DNA of 64,000 bases from Candidatus Bathyarchaeum tardum (GTDB taxonomy: Archaea; Thermoproteota; Bathyarchaeia; Bathyarchaeales; Bathyarchaeaceae), in contig CP122380.1 in the NCBI GenBank assembly GCA_024650005.2, forward strand, positions 800,001 to 864,000, written 5' to 3'. The notes under the pieces were generated by a model. It ran no database searches. It saw only the letters and a program-made list of their open reading frames with translations, and had not been told where the DNA came from. The translations under genes were made by a program, and so were the position numbers. Below are positions 10,675-20,057 of the stretch, in pieces (within the stretch, counting starts at the first letter, position 1; every line of letters starts with the position of its first letter).

Positions 10675-11310
10675 TTAGAATATGTTGACGAGGGTGGGGT
10701 AAAGAACGTAGACTATGATTAAGTATATTGTAAATAATCCTATTGTTATGATTAGGTTTTTTTGCCATTGTTTGCTGCTTGCGATTCCAAAGGGTACCCC
10801 GATTATGAATCCGATCAAGTGTCCAATGTATGATATGTTTCCTTGGGTTCCGTAATAGAATTCTATTATGTTGAAGAAAAAGTACATTATTGCAACTAAG
10901 CCTAGGGGCATTAAGAATATGAATGAAAATTTTAATGGTTTTAATAGCATGACTATCGCTGTTAAGGTGAATATGGCAGCAGAGGCTCCCAGCATTTGAA
11001 CGTTAGGCGGGTAATAAAATAGGCTGAAAAGAAATGCTCCTATTCCTCCGCAAAAGAAAGGTATGATAACCCATTTTTGTTCTAGTTCGTTTTCTATGGT
11101 GTTTCCGAATATGTAGAAAAAAATCATGTTTCCCCCCAGATGAAAAATGTCAGCGTGTAAAAATATCCCTGTAATTACGGTCCAAATCATTCCTTTTTGA
11201 AGATTTTCACCACTGAATACTAGATTGTTTAGTAACGTTTGGTCACCAATGAACCAGACTGTTAATGAACTTAAAATACAAAATAGAATTAGCACATTGG
11301 TTTTGTTCAT
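10675..11310 (-). CDS. Rhomboid family intramembrane serine protease
   Basis: FLHADIFHLGGNM, catalytic GASAA, HLIGF. Confidence 0.92.
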   Translation of the reverse strand: MNKTNVLILFCILSSLTVWFIGDQTLLNNLVFSGENLQKGMIWTVITGIFLHADIFHLGGNMIFFYIFGNTIENELEQKWVIIPFFCGGIGAFLFSLFYYPPNVQMLGASAAIFTLTAIVMLLKPLKFSFIFLMPLGLVAIMYFFFNIIEFYYGTQGNISYIGHLIGFIIGVPFGIASSKQWQKNLIITIGLFTIYLIIVYVLYPTLVNIF

Positions 11311-11502
11311 ACTCTTTTCCTCTTTTTCTTGGTTTTATTTTTTTTGTTGCAAAGGAATCCTTGTATAGTGTCGTTATGTTTAATTCCGGAAAAGATTGCT
11401 TGCTTTATGTGCAACATTTTGTATTATGGTGTTGAAGCTGTAATCTCGTCAGGATTTAAAGTTAGTATCTGTTGAATTTAGGTTTTAATATGTTGTTGTG
11501 CA

Positions 11503-11709
11503 TTGTATTATGGGGTGTTTATTTTGGGTGATGTTTACAAGCCTGAGGATTTTGTTGGTGAACGCAGAAAGCCTTCTGATTTGTCTCCTGGTTTGAATGA
11601 GGTTTTTCCTAAAACGTTGCAAGAAGTTGTTCGTGAGGTTAAGTTATTAAAAAGTGAAGTGGAAAAAATTAAGCAAGCGTTGAAAGCTAACGGAATAGTT
11701 GTTGAATAG
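11503..11709 (+). CDS. Small hypothetical coiled-coil protein
   Basis: Heptad-like C-terminus LQEVVREVKLLKSEVEKIKQAL; start may be TTG 11524. Confidence 0.55.
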   Translation: MYYGVFILGDVYKPEDFVGERRKPSDLSPGLNEVFPKTLQEVVREVKLLKSEVEKIKQALKANGIVVE

Positions 11710-11795
11710 GGGGTAAGCTGTTTTTTAGTTAACTTTAAGGTTTTGTTGTTGTTGGGGGGAGGGGGGGTCAACAACAACATTTGTGTTTTAAGGAA
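11709..11795 (+). repeat. Array repeat element, G-loop hairpin (IR3)
   Basis: GTTGTTGTTG 11745-11754, G-rich loop, CAACAACAAC 11769-11778; flanks nearly identical to 15056-15138. Confidence 0.9.
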
Positions 11796-11990
11796 AAAGT
11801 CGTTTATGCTGATTGGGTTTTGTGATAATTACGATTTATGGGGATAAAATGCAGGACAGTAAGAATTGCATGTGAATTTTTTAGTATTTTTAGAGGATTC
11901 TAAATTAGGCCTAAACAAAATTAGAGGCGTTAGTGAACACGGCGTAATGTTAAATAGGTCAAAGTAAAACCTATTTGTAGGGGACTGTAT

Positions 11991-12542
11991 TTGGTTGAAT
12001 TAATTATCGGCGGTTTGATTGCTGTAATAGTAATTGTTGTCGTTTCAGTGATTTTTTATTACTATAACAGAATAAGGATATTATTTAATAGAATTGAAGA
12101 AGCATGGGCTCAAATTGATGTTCAACTGAAAAAGCGTTTTGATTTAGTTCCAAATCTAGTTGAAACGGTAAAAGGTTACGCTAAGCATGAAAAGGATATT
12201 TTTGAAAATGTTGCCCAGGCAAGGCAGGGAATGGTTACCGGCACAAGAGAGGAAAGGATGGAATCGTCCAATCAACTTACAAGTACTTTAAAGTCTTTGT
12301 TTGCAGTTGCTGAAAATTATCCGGTTCTTAAAGCGAGTGATAACTTTAAGCTTCTTCAAGAACAGTTAGAGGGAATTGAAAACAAGATTGCTTATGCTCG
12401 GCAGTATTACAATAGTTCGGTGTTGAATTATAACAATCTTATTACAACTGTTCCTGGAAGTTGGTTTGCAGGAAACAGAAGCAAGCACGCTTTTCTTGAG
12501 ACTCCTGCTGAGGAACGAAGCCCCGTCAAAGTGAAATTCTAA
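11991..12542 (+). CDS. lemA: LemA family protein
   Basis: N-terminal TM; AWAQIDVQLKKRFDLVPNLVETVKGYAKHE; AVAENYPVLKAS. Confidence 0.95.
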   Translation: MVELIIGGLIAVIVIVVVSVIFYYYNRIRILFNRIEEAWAQIDVQLKKRFDLVPNLVETVKGYAKHEKDIFENVAQARQGMVTGTREERMESSNQLTSTLKSLFAVAENYPVLKASDNFKLLQEQLEGIENKIAYARQYYNSSVLNYNNLITTVPGSWFAGNRSKHAFLETPAEERSPVKVKF

Positions 12543-13441
12543 TGGCTAAAACCAGTTTTTCCGACGAGATTGCTAAAAACAAAAGGTTTTCTGTCATCCT
12601 TGCTGTAGTTGTTTCTTTGTTTTTGTTTTTTTTGATATATTTTATTGTTTATTTTTTTATTCCAGAATTTGTTTTGGTTGTTCTTCCTGTCTCTATACTT
12701 TTTATTGTAATTTACACGTATAGTTCGTATAGATTTGGGGATAGCATAGTTTTATCTACAACAAATGCAAAACCTGCCGATCCTATAAAACATCGGTATT
12801 TGCTTGATACCGTTGAGGGCTTAAGCATTGCATCAGGGATACCCGCCCCCAAGACATATGTTATAGAAAATCAGGATCTTAATGCTTTTGCGACTGGTAG
12901 AAACCCAGAAAATGCTAGCATCGCGGTCACAACTGGTCTTATTGATACTCTGAATAGGCAAGAGCTTGAAGGCGTGGTTGCTCACGAAATTTCTCATATT
13001 AAAAACCGGGATATATTGTTCATGACTTTGATTGCTGTTCTAGTTGGTCTTGCAGCTATACTTAGTCATTTTCTAATACGATCCATGTGGTTTGGGGGTC
13101 AAAGAAATCGAAGGGATAAAGGAGGGGGCATAATTGTTATCGTTTTCCTTGTTGGCTTATTTTTAGCTGTTTTTGCTCCAATTGCTACTCGATTGGTTCA
13201 ATTTGCTGTTTCAAGAAAACGTGAATATTTAGCTGACGCTTCAGGGGTAAGCGTTACAAGATATCCTGAAGGATTAGCATCGGCTCTTGAAAAGATTGCA
13301 AACAAGAATCAGGGAAGAATGAAAGTAAGCGATGCAGTAAGCCATTTGTTTTTTGTTGATCCGCAAAAGAGTTCCCTAGATAGCCTTTTTGCGACACATC
13401 CTCCAATACGAGAAAGAATTAAAAAACTCAGACAGATGTAA
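12542..13441 (+). CDS. htpX: HtpX-like M48 zinc metalloprotease
   Basis: NAFATGRNP, HEISH, SRKREYLAD, LFATHPP; coupled to lemA. Confidence 0.92.
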   Translation: MAKTSFSDEIAKNKRFSVILAVVVSLFLFFLIYFIVYFFIPEFVLVVLPVSILFIVIYTYSSYRFGDSIVLSTTNAKPADPIKHRYLLDTVEGLSIASGIPAPKTYVIENQDLNAFATGRNPENASIAVTTGLIDTLNRQELEGVVAHEISHIKNRDILFMTLIAVLVGLAAILSHFLIRSMWFGGQRNRRDKGGGIIVIVFLVGLFLAVFAPIATRLVQFAVSRKREYLADASGVSVTRYPEGLASALEKIANKNQGRMKVSDAVSHLFFVDPQKSSLDSLFATHPPIRERIKKLRQM

Positions 13442-13657
13442 AATAAAACTTGACATATTTCAAAAATTTAAGCAAGGGTCGAAGTCTTGAAGGTCAAATA
13501 GGTGCTGTTGGGGTTTTGTTAGTTTAGAACTTTTTGTTTCCTTCATTGTTACAGATGAGTCAAGAAGGATAAGCATGATGGGTGTGTTTTTGATGTTTTA
13601 AAGCATTTTTTAAGAACATAAATAGCCTTCGGTGTACCATGGTTATCGGGGTTATAT

Positions 13658-14395
13658 TTGCATTATCAAGATCTTTTTATTGGTCATAAAGCGTTTTGGA
13701 AAATTGATCGTAACGCTAAGTATTACGAGCTTTATATGCGGCAACAAAAGAGTTGGGCGCATTGGCCCGATTCTGTTTCAATTACTGAAATGCAAAAGTT
13801 GTTGCGTTTTGTTCCTACTTGGGATCCAAAGTATAAAGGCAAAAATGCTGAAAGTTTAGCTGACATATTTTATGAAATTCTTCCTACTGTAAAGGAGTTA
13901 TATGCTGACAAATTGGAAAATGTAAAGTTTGATTCGGTTTATCTGCAAAAGATTAGGCATGTTTTTGATAAAGTAGCAAGGTATAAAACAAGTTATGAAT
14001 CTACTGATGCTTCTAAAATTTTGCATATGATTCTTCCAAACTTGCTTGTGATGTGGGACAAAAATATTCGTCAAGGAATTTTGGGCAAGGAAAACAAAAA
14101 AAAGGGTTCAATGTATGCTTTGGATTTTTTGCCTAAAATGCAAAATGAGTTGTTGGAAGCTGTTGATACTTGTATGGAAGAAGAAAACTTGCAAAGGGAT
14201 GAAGCAGTCAGTTTTATTCGCCGGGAATGTGGAAATGAGTATCTTCCAAAACTTGTTTATGAACTCAATTATGTTTTCTATACTCCGACCAGTGAATTCA
14301 GGGATTATCTTTTAAAAATTAAAGATGCAGGTGAAGTCTCCATTGATGTTTTCAGTCGGTTGTTTGAAAATTTGCTTCAGGTTGATGTTACTTAG
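13658..14395 (+). CDS. Hypothetical protein with ASKILH..P..MWD motif
   Basis: 245-aa ORF; motif recalls HhH-glycosylase-like families (weak). Confidence 0.65.
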   Translation: MHYQDLFIGHKAFWKIDRNAKYYELYMRQQKSWAHWPDSVSITEMQKLLRFVPTWDPKYKGKNAESLADIFYEILPTVKELYADKLENVKFDSVYLQKIRHVFDKVARYKTSYESTDASKILHMILPNLLVMWDKNIRQGILGKENKKKGSMYALDFLPKMQNELLEAVDTCMEEENLQRDEAVSFIRRECGNEYLPKLVYELNYVFYTPTSEFRDYLLKIKDAGEVSIDVFSRLFENLLQVDVT

Positions 14396-14404
14396 TTTTT
14401 GCTG

Positions 14405-14585
14405 ATGCCTTATAACATTAGGTGATGTTGATTCAGATATGCTCACCTTGATCGTATCTGATGGTAGCAAACTGTCTTACGCTGAAGAAGCAGGCGATAT
14501 AGTAGTCCATTTTGGCGAGAACGGAAAACCGTTTTATTTCCCTCATGGTTGAAAGTCTAGCAAAAAGAAGTTTTACCAGTGTGAT
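14405..14585 (+). pseudogene. Decayed copy of DUF2283 gene (24187-24399)
   Basis: TCAGATATGCTCACCTT...AAACTGTCTTACGCTGAAGAAG matches 24217-24273; early TGA and an internal deletion. Confidence 0.85.
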
Positions 14586-14675
14586 AGAATTTTTTTGATT
14601 TAGAATTTGCTGTGGGTTTTGGATTTTGTAGGTCTGAATTAGTATTTGTTTGATTGTTATGGACAAATGCTGTTG

Positions 14676-14894
14676 CTATTCTATTAGGTTTAGAATTTCT
14701 TCTTTTGTTAAGTCTGCTTCGGATATGATTGTCAGCAGTAGTCCTGTTTTTATTTCTCTGTGTTTTGGAACTGGAACTATGGTTTCGTTTTTGATTAGAA
14801 TTAAGTGGCTTCCTTTTTGTCGGGCAACTTGAAAACCTGCTTTGGCTAGGGCTTTTACTACTTTACGCCAAGAGAGCAGTGGGAGTTTCGACAA
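14676..14894 (-). CDS. hicA: HicA family toxin (copy 1)
   Basis: LAKAGFQVARQKGSHLIL..VPVPKHREIKTGLL; one residue different from 24659-24877. Confidence 0.9.
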   Translation of the reverse strand: MSKLPLLSWRKVVKALAKAGFQVARQKGSHLILIKNETIVPVPKHREIKTGLLLTIISEADLTKEEILNLIE

Positions 14895-14995
14895 TGACCT
14901 CAGCCCGTTCTCCTTTATGGCCGTGGCTCAAAAGTTCCGCTTTTACTTCTAAGTATCCTTCTATGGCTTCTTTGATGTTTTTTAGAGCTTCTTGT
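14863..14995 (-). pseudogene. 5'-truncated hicB
   Basis: Matches the 3' part of hicB 24846-24978 almost exactly, then switches to the array repeat. Confidence 0.9.
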
Positions 14996-15004
14996 TATGT
15001 TTTT

Positions 15005-15135
15005 GTTGTTGTGCATTTGAAAATGATTGTTTGAACAACAGTATCTTTGATTGTTGGGGGTTAAGCTGGTTTTTAGTTAACGTTAAGGTTTTGTTGTTGG
15101 GGAGGGGGGTCAACAACAACATTTGTGTTTGAAGG
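15005..15135 (+). repeat. Array repeat element (IR1 plus G-loop IR3)
   Basis: GTTGTTGT..TTTGAACAAC, then TTGTTGTTG-GGGAGGGGGGT-CAACAACAAC-ATTTGTGTTTGAAGG. Confidence 0.88.
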
Positions 15136-15197
15136 AAAATTTCTAGTAAGGTAAACAGTTATTGGGGTTTGTTGATTTTTCTAAGTGGAGCACATAA

Positions 15198-16139
15198 ATG
15201 TTGTCTGTTGATGGCACAGTTTTGGTTACTGGGGGTGCAGGTTTCATAGGCAGCCATATTGTCGATCGGTTGCTTAAAGATGGGGTTAAAGTACGGGTTG
15301 TTGATGATCTTTCTACTGGGGATAAATCAAATCTTAGTCAGCATAAAAATAACCCTGATTTTGAGTTCGTCCAAGGAGATATCCGGGATTTTGGTGTTGT
15401 GCAAAAGGCTGTAAAAGGTGTTGATGCCGTAGTTCATGAAGCAGCCCTTGTAAGTGTTATTCAATCTGTTGGGGATCCGTTGTTTTCTAACAGTATTAAT
15501 GTTGTAGGTTCTCTTAATTTGCTTAAAGCCAGTGCAGAAGAAAAGGTGCATCGGTTTGTTTTTGCGTCTTCTTGTGCAGTCTATGGGGCTTGTGAAGATT
15601 TGCCTCTTACCGAAGAGTCTAGTGTAAAGCCTCTTTCTCCGTATGCAGTGGATAAGTTAGCTATGGAAAATTATGCTCGGGTTTTTAATGAGGTCAGTGA
15701 TTTGGAAACGGTTGGTTTGCGGTATTTCAATGTGTATGGACCACGGCAAAAATGTGGTCCGTACTGTGGCGTGATTTCTGTTTTTTTTGATAGTTTCTTG
15801 AGAAATAAGTCTCCTGTTATTTTTGGTGATGGGGAGCAGACCCGTGATTTTGTTAATGTGTCCGATGTTGTTGAAGCTAATTTGTGTGCTTTAACAAGAG
15901 TTCAAGCTGCTGGGCAGGTGTTCAATGTGTGCACTGGGAAAGCAACCACAGTGAACAAGGTTTTAGCTGCTGTTGGGGAAATTGCAGGTAAATCGGAAAT
16001 TGAAGCTGTTTATAAACAGTCTCGAGCAGGAGATATCAAACATAGTTATGGGGATAATAGTAAAGCAAAACGTGGATTAGGTTTTGAAGCGAAGGTTGAT
16101 TTAAAAACCGGTTTATCTGAGTTGTTTTCGGTAGGCTAA
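15198..16139 (+). CDS. NAD-dependent epimerase/dehydratase (GalE/WbpP-like SDR), intact copy
   Basis: [48 protein letters not shown]. Confidence 0.93.
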   Translation: MLSVDGTVLVTGGAGFIGSHIVDRLLKDGVKVRVVDDLSTGDKSNLSQHKNNPDFEFVQGDIRDFGVVQKAVKGVDAVVHEAALVSVIQSVGDPLFSNSINVVGSLNLLKASAEEKVHRFVFASSCAVYGACEDLPLTEESSVKPLSPYAVDKLAMENYARVFNEVSDLETVGLRYFNVYGPRQKCGPYCGVISVFFDSFLRNKSPVIFGDGEQTRDFVNVSDVVEANLCALTRVQAAGQVFNVCTGKATTVNKVLAAVGEIAGKSEIEAVYKQSRAGDIKHSYGDNSKAKRGLGFEAKVDLKTGLSELFSVG

Positions 16140-16261
16140 ATTTTTTTGTAGGTTATTATGAACGGTAGAAAGGTTCTAATTGTTTTTTGTAGAATGAATG
16201 TTTTATAGCGCGTTTGTGTGGATTTTTATAGGAAACAGTTGAGTGGGGAGAACCAGGGTTT

Positions 16262-17827
16262 ATGAATAAAATTGTTGTTTTGGATACGTCTGTGATTATT
16301 GATCGGAAAGTTGTTGAAATTATCGAGGCTGAAAAGCCTGAGCAGTTGATAATACCTTATGTGGTGTTGGATGAATTGCAGTCTCAAGCTTCAAAAGGAA
16401 GGGATGAAGGCTACATCGGTTTAGAGCATCTCAAAGTGGTTCGCAAGATTTGTAAGGATCAGCAAATCGAGTTAAGTTTTCAAGGTGAACGTCCAACTTT
16501 GGATGATATAAAGTTGGCCGGCAGCGGACGGCTTGATGCTCTTATTCGGGATGTTTCCAGGAAAAATCAGGGTGTTTTGTTTACTTCGGATTATGTGCAG
16601 TCGTTAGTTGGTGAAGCAGAGGGAATTAAAACCCATTATGTGCCTAAAAAGAGAAAGAAGAGGGCAATGAGTTTTAAGCGTTTTTTCACGCCGGATACCA
16701 TGTCTATTCATTTAAAGCAAGGAGCATCTCCCCTGGCTAAACGGGGTGGTCCGGGCAGTTTTAATCTTGTTAAAATTCGGCTCAAAGCCCTTTCTGAAAA
16801 GGAGTTGAAATTGATGATCAGTCAAATAATGGACGTTGCACGGCGGGAAGAAAAAATTTTTATTGAAATTGACGAGCCTGGGGCTACAGTTATTCAAATG
16901 GGGGAATACCGTATAGCCTTGGCTAAGCCTCCTTTTTCGGATAAGTTAGAAATTACCGTGGTAAGGCCCCTAGTTAAGCTTCGGTTGCAGGATTACCGTC
17001 TTTCCAGTAAATTGATGAATCGGTTAAAGTCCCGAGCCGAAGGAGTGTTAATTGCAGGTCCTCCCGGTTCTGGGAAAACAACTTTTGTTAGTAGTTTAGC
17101 AGATTTTTATTCCAGTCAAGGAAAAATAACCAAAACGTTAGAGTCGCCCCGTGATTTGCAGGTTTGTCCCGAGATTACCCAGTATACTCCCCTGAATGGG
17201 GATTTTGCTAAAACAGCTAGCCTTTTGTTGTTAGTACGTCCTGATTATACGATTTTTGATGAGTTACGGGAAAATTCTACCTTTACTGTTTTTGCGGACA
17301 TGAGGTTAGCCGGAGTTGGCATGATCGGGGTTGTGCATGCTGCTGGGGCAGTTGATGCTGTTAAACGGTTCATATCCCGTGTGGAGTTAGGCATGATTCC
17401 TTCAGTAATAGATACCGTCATATTCATTAAATCTGGAAAAATTGAAAAAATTTATGATTTGTCTTTAACCGTGAAAGTCCCCACCGGGATGTTTGAAGCA
17501 GATTTGGCTCGTCCCCTAGTAGAGGTTAAAGATTTTGAAACTGGAAAGTTGGAATATGAGATTTATACTTTTGGCAAAGAGAATGTTGTTGTTCCAATTA
17601 AAGAAGAGGAGAAAAAAGTTTCTGCTGTTCAGGATTTGGCGTTGCAAAGAATTACTCAAAGTATACAAAAGTACGATAAAGGCGCCCAAATAGAGTTAAC
17701 CGGAAAAAACAGGGCTTTAATTAAAGTTGATAAAAAAGTTATTCCAAGAATCATCGGCAAAAATGGCAAAAACATTTCTAAAATTGAAAAAAATTTGGGT
17801 ATCCAAATTGACATAGAGCCAAAATAA
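16262..17827 (+). CDS. PIN-domain ATPase with C-terminal KH domain (PINc/VapC ATPase, PINA-like)
   Basis: PIN VLDTSVIID, Walker A GPPGSGKT, RPDYTIFDE, KH IIGKNGKNISKIEKNLGIQIDI. Confidence 0.92.
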   Translation: MNKIVVLDTSVIIDRKVVEIIEAEKPEQLIIPYVVLDELQSQASKGRDEGYIGLEHLKVVRKICKDQQIELSFQGERPTLDDIKLAGSGRLDALIRDVSRKNQGVLFTSDYVQSLVGEAEGIKTHYVPKKRKKRAMSFKRFFTPDTMSIHLKQGASPLAKRGGPGSFNLVKIRLKALSEKELKLMISQIMDVARREEKIFIEIDEPGATVIQMGEYRIALAKPPFSDKLEITVVRPLVKLRLQDYRLSSKLMNRLKSRAEGVLIAGPPGSGKTTFVSSLADFYSSQGKITKTLESPRDLQVCPEITQYTPLNGDFAKTASLLLLVRPDYTIFDELRENSTFTVFADMRLAGVGMIGVVHAAGAVDAVKRFISRVELGMIPSVIDTVIFIKSGKIEKIYDLSLTVKVPTGMFEADLARPLVEVKDFETGKLEYEIYTFGKENVVVPIKEEEKKVSAVQDLALQRITQSIQKYDKGAQIELTGKNRALIKVDKKVIPRIIGKNGKNISKIEKNLGIQIDIEPK

Positions 17828-17863
17828 TATTTTTTTGATTTCATATTATTGGTTTTTTGTGGA

Positions 17864-17962
17864 TTATCCATGTATCGGGTCTATAACTTGCATTGTGAGT
17901 TTGTTTGCTAGGCGCTTGAAGACGTCGTCATGGGAGATGGTTTGTTAATGTTATATGTGTAG
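17864..17962 (-). pseudogene. VapC/PIN 3' remnant
   Basis: Reads SHDDVFKRLANKLTMQVIDPIHG*; homologous to about 28330-28395. Confidence 0.65.
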
Positions 17963-18007
17963 TTTGTTTTTTGGCTGGGACCGGTGATTGTTGGTTTGGG
18001 TGTGTTT

Positions 18008-18034
18008 AAGTAATACTTGTTATAGGTATTACTT
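18008..18034. promoter_or_regulatory. Inverted repeat, candidate AbrB-VapC operator
   Basis: AAGTAATAC-N9-GTATTACTT just before ATG 18044; conserved at 36820-36846. Confidence 0.65.
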
Positions 18035-18043
18035 GTGTTAAGT

Positions 18044-18271
18044 ATGACTGAAGTTGCGGTTACGAAAAAGGGGCAAGTTACAATACCTGTGGAGCTAAGA
18101 AGGAAGTTTGGCATAGAAGAGAGTTCAAAAGTGGAAATAGTAGAGGAAGAGGGAAAAATTGTGATCAGAAAGTGTTCCAGCATTTTTGATTTAGCAGGCA
18201 GTGGTGCAGGTAAAGCTGAAGTCAAAGAGTTAAAAAGGGCTTTAGATCAGATGAGGCAAGAAGATGCCTGA
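18044..18271 (+). CDS. AbrB/MazE/SpoVT-family antitoxin (copy 1)
   Basis: VTKKGQVTIPVELRRKFGI. Confidence 0.92.
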   Translation: MTEVAVTKKGQVTIPVELRRKFGIEESSKVEIVEEEGKIVIRKCSSIFDLAGSGAGKAEVKELKRALDQMRQEDA

Positions 18272-18662
18272 AAGTTGCTTGTATGATACTCGTTTTTTTG
18301 TTGAATATTTTTATTCAAATGACGTAGAATTTCGCAGCAAGCTCAAAAAAGATCTTAAAGACGTAAAAGAGCGTTTGGTTTCTGCTTTGGTAGTTCATGA
18401 AATTCATAAGATCAGTCTAGAAAGACAAGGGAAACAAGTTGCCTTCTTAAGGAGTAACATCATTTGCAGGGATTTTAAAGTTGTAGAGGTGGATTTTGTA
18501 ATCGCCCTAAAAAGTGCAGAATTAAGAAGCAAGCACAGGATACCCTTAGCCGATAGTGTAATTGCAGCCTCTGCCCAAGTTCACAGATGCACTCTGGTTT
18601 CAGACGATCCTCATTTCAAAAAAATAAAAAATGTAAAAACAAAATGGTATAGCATCCTCTGA
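18264..18662 (+). CDS. vapC: VapC/PIN toxin (copy 1)
   Basis: LYDTRFF, VVHEI, LADSVIAASA, LVSDDPHF. Confidence 0.92.
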   Translation: MPESCLYDTRFFVEYFYSNDVEFRSKLKKDLKDVKERLVSALVVHEIHKISLERQGKQVAFLRSNIICRDFKVVEVDFVIALKSAELRSKHRIPLADSVIAASAQVHRCTLVSDDPHFKKIKNVKTKWYSIL

Positions 18663-18674
18663 TTGTCTAGAAAC

Positions 18675-18869
18675 GTTGTTATAACGGCAACAACATTTTG
18701 GAAAGAGCAAAAAAGTAGTCGTCTTTTTGGTATACAGTTACTGGACGACTACTACTGCCTTAAAGAATGGGTCACAAGATGTTTTACTTGAACATGATTT
18801 TGCATAATATGCTAGTTTTGTTGTTGTTGGGGGGTAGGGGGGGTCAACAACAACATTTGTGTTTGAAGG
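18675..18869 (+). repeat. Array repeat element, near full length
   Basis: CAACAACATTTTG 18688-18700; AGTAGTCGTC 18714-18723 / GACGACTACT 18744-18753; GTTGTTGTTG 18820-18829 / CAACAACAAC 18845-18854. Confidence 0.95.
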
Positions 18870-18871
18870 TA

Positions 18872-19065
18872 CCATAAGCAGTTTTGGGATTTGCCCTTAT
18901 CTGCTCAAAGCCTGTGCAGTTTCAAATGTGAAACGGTTTGTTTTTTCTTCGTGTGCAGTTTATGGGGCTTATGAAACAGTGCGTATTAACGAAGGGTCTT
19001 GTGTAAAGCCTCTTTCGCCATATGGTGGATAAGTTAATTCGTTGGAAATTATGTTCGGGTTTTTA
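18872..19065 (+). pseudogene. Internal fragment of the NAD-dependent epimerase
   Basis: CTGCTCAAAGCCTGTGCAG..GTGAAACGGTTTG..TGTGCAGTTTATGGGGCT..GTAAAGCCTCTTTCGCCATATG matches about 15520-15690 and 40394-40450. Confidence 0.85.
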
Positions 19066-19407
19066 GTTTTTCAGGTTTAAATTGTGTTGCTTTTTTTGTG
19101 TATTTAAAGTGTTTATGGTTTGGATACTGTTAAGTTATTTGTCATGAACTTTTTGCGCGCAAGTTTTAACAATGACAAAATCGTTTTCTTGTTCAATGTG
19201 GTAAATAATAATATTGGAGTCACAGGGTTTATCACATATTCAACAATGACGCTCACGCCAAAGAAGAGCCTTGATTTTATTGGCATCTTTGAAAGGAGGT
19301 GGTTTTGTCATTTACGTCACAGGATTTAAGGCACATATAAATATTAATTTTTTAACAATGTTTTGATCTATTTTCTGAGTTGGATTTTGACGGTTCAATG
19401 TCCATGT

Positions 19408-19962
19408 TTAATATTTCAATGCTGTGATGTATTCAAGTTCGGGGTAAAGTTTGAGGGATCCTCGAGATATTATCTGTCCTTCTTCTGATAGGTAATATGT
19501 GAGTTTGTCATCTTTTTTTGTTTCAACCAGTTGGCCTTGTTTTACGAGTTTTTCTACTAATAATGATTTATTTAACTCTACGGCTTTTTCTGCAGAAAGT
19601 GATCCTTGTAGATATAGGTAAACTAAAATTTCTTCTTCTCTTGAAGGGGTTGGATAGTATGCTGTTTTAAGAATGAGGTTCTGTAATTCTTCTGGAAGGT
19701 TGAGTAATCCGCCTCTTTCATTTAATGTTATCACAGTAGTTTGTCCAATCTTTGTTATTTCCAGATTTTTTTCCTTTAGATTTTCCTGTGTTTCCATAAG
19801 AATGTCTAAGGTTTTCTTCACTGTTCTTCTGTTAAGGCCAGTTTGTTTTGATAAATTGCTAATTGAGTATGGACTTTTCGCACGTGATAATGTATCCAAC
19901 ACAATCTTAACTGCGTCTTGACAACTTGTTCGAACAGTATTCATATGGATGTTTGCCTCCAA
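19408..19962 (-). CDS. Winged-helix DNA-binding protein
   Basis: YSISNLSKQTGLNRRTVKKTLDIL HTH; second wHTH-like C-terminal part (YYLSEEG). Confidence 0.75.
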   Translation of the reverse strand: MEANIHMNTVRTSCQDAVKIVLDTLSRAKSPYSISNLSKQTGLNRRTVKKTLDILMETQENLKEKNLEITKIGQTTVITLNERGGLLNLPEELQNLILKTAYYPTPSREEEILVYLYLQGSLSAEKAVELNKSLLVEKLVKQGQLVETKKDDKLTYYLSEEGQIISRGSLKLYPELEYITALKY

Positions 19963-19994
19963 ACCTTACCGTTATGGGCATAACTATATTAATA

Positions 19995-20016
19995 TTTGTG
20001 TATAATTATACACAAA
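19995..20016. promoter_or_regulatory. Perfect 22-bp palindrome between divergent wHTH genes
   Basis: TTTGTGTATAATTATACACAAA is its own reverse complement. Confidence 0.7.
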
Positions 20017-20057
20017 CCTTAAAGGTTGTTTTCCCCATAAAGCTTTTTTGAAATAAA

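Noticed and set aside
19120-19329. 69-aa ORF
   Set aside because: No motif or clear start signal; the region may be another decayed minus-strand fragment but could not be assigned.
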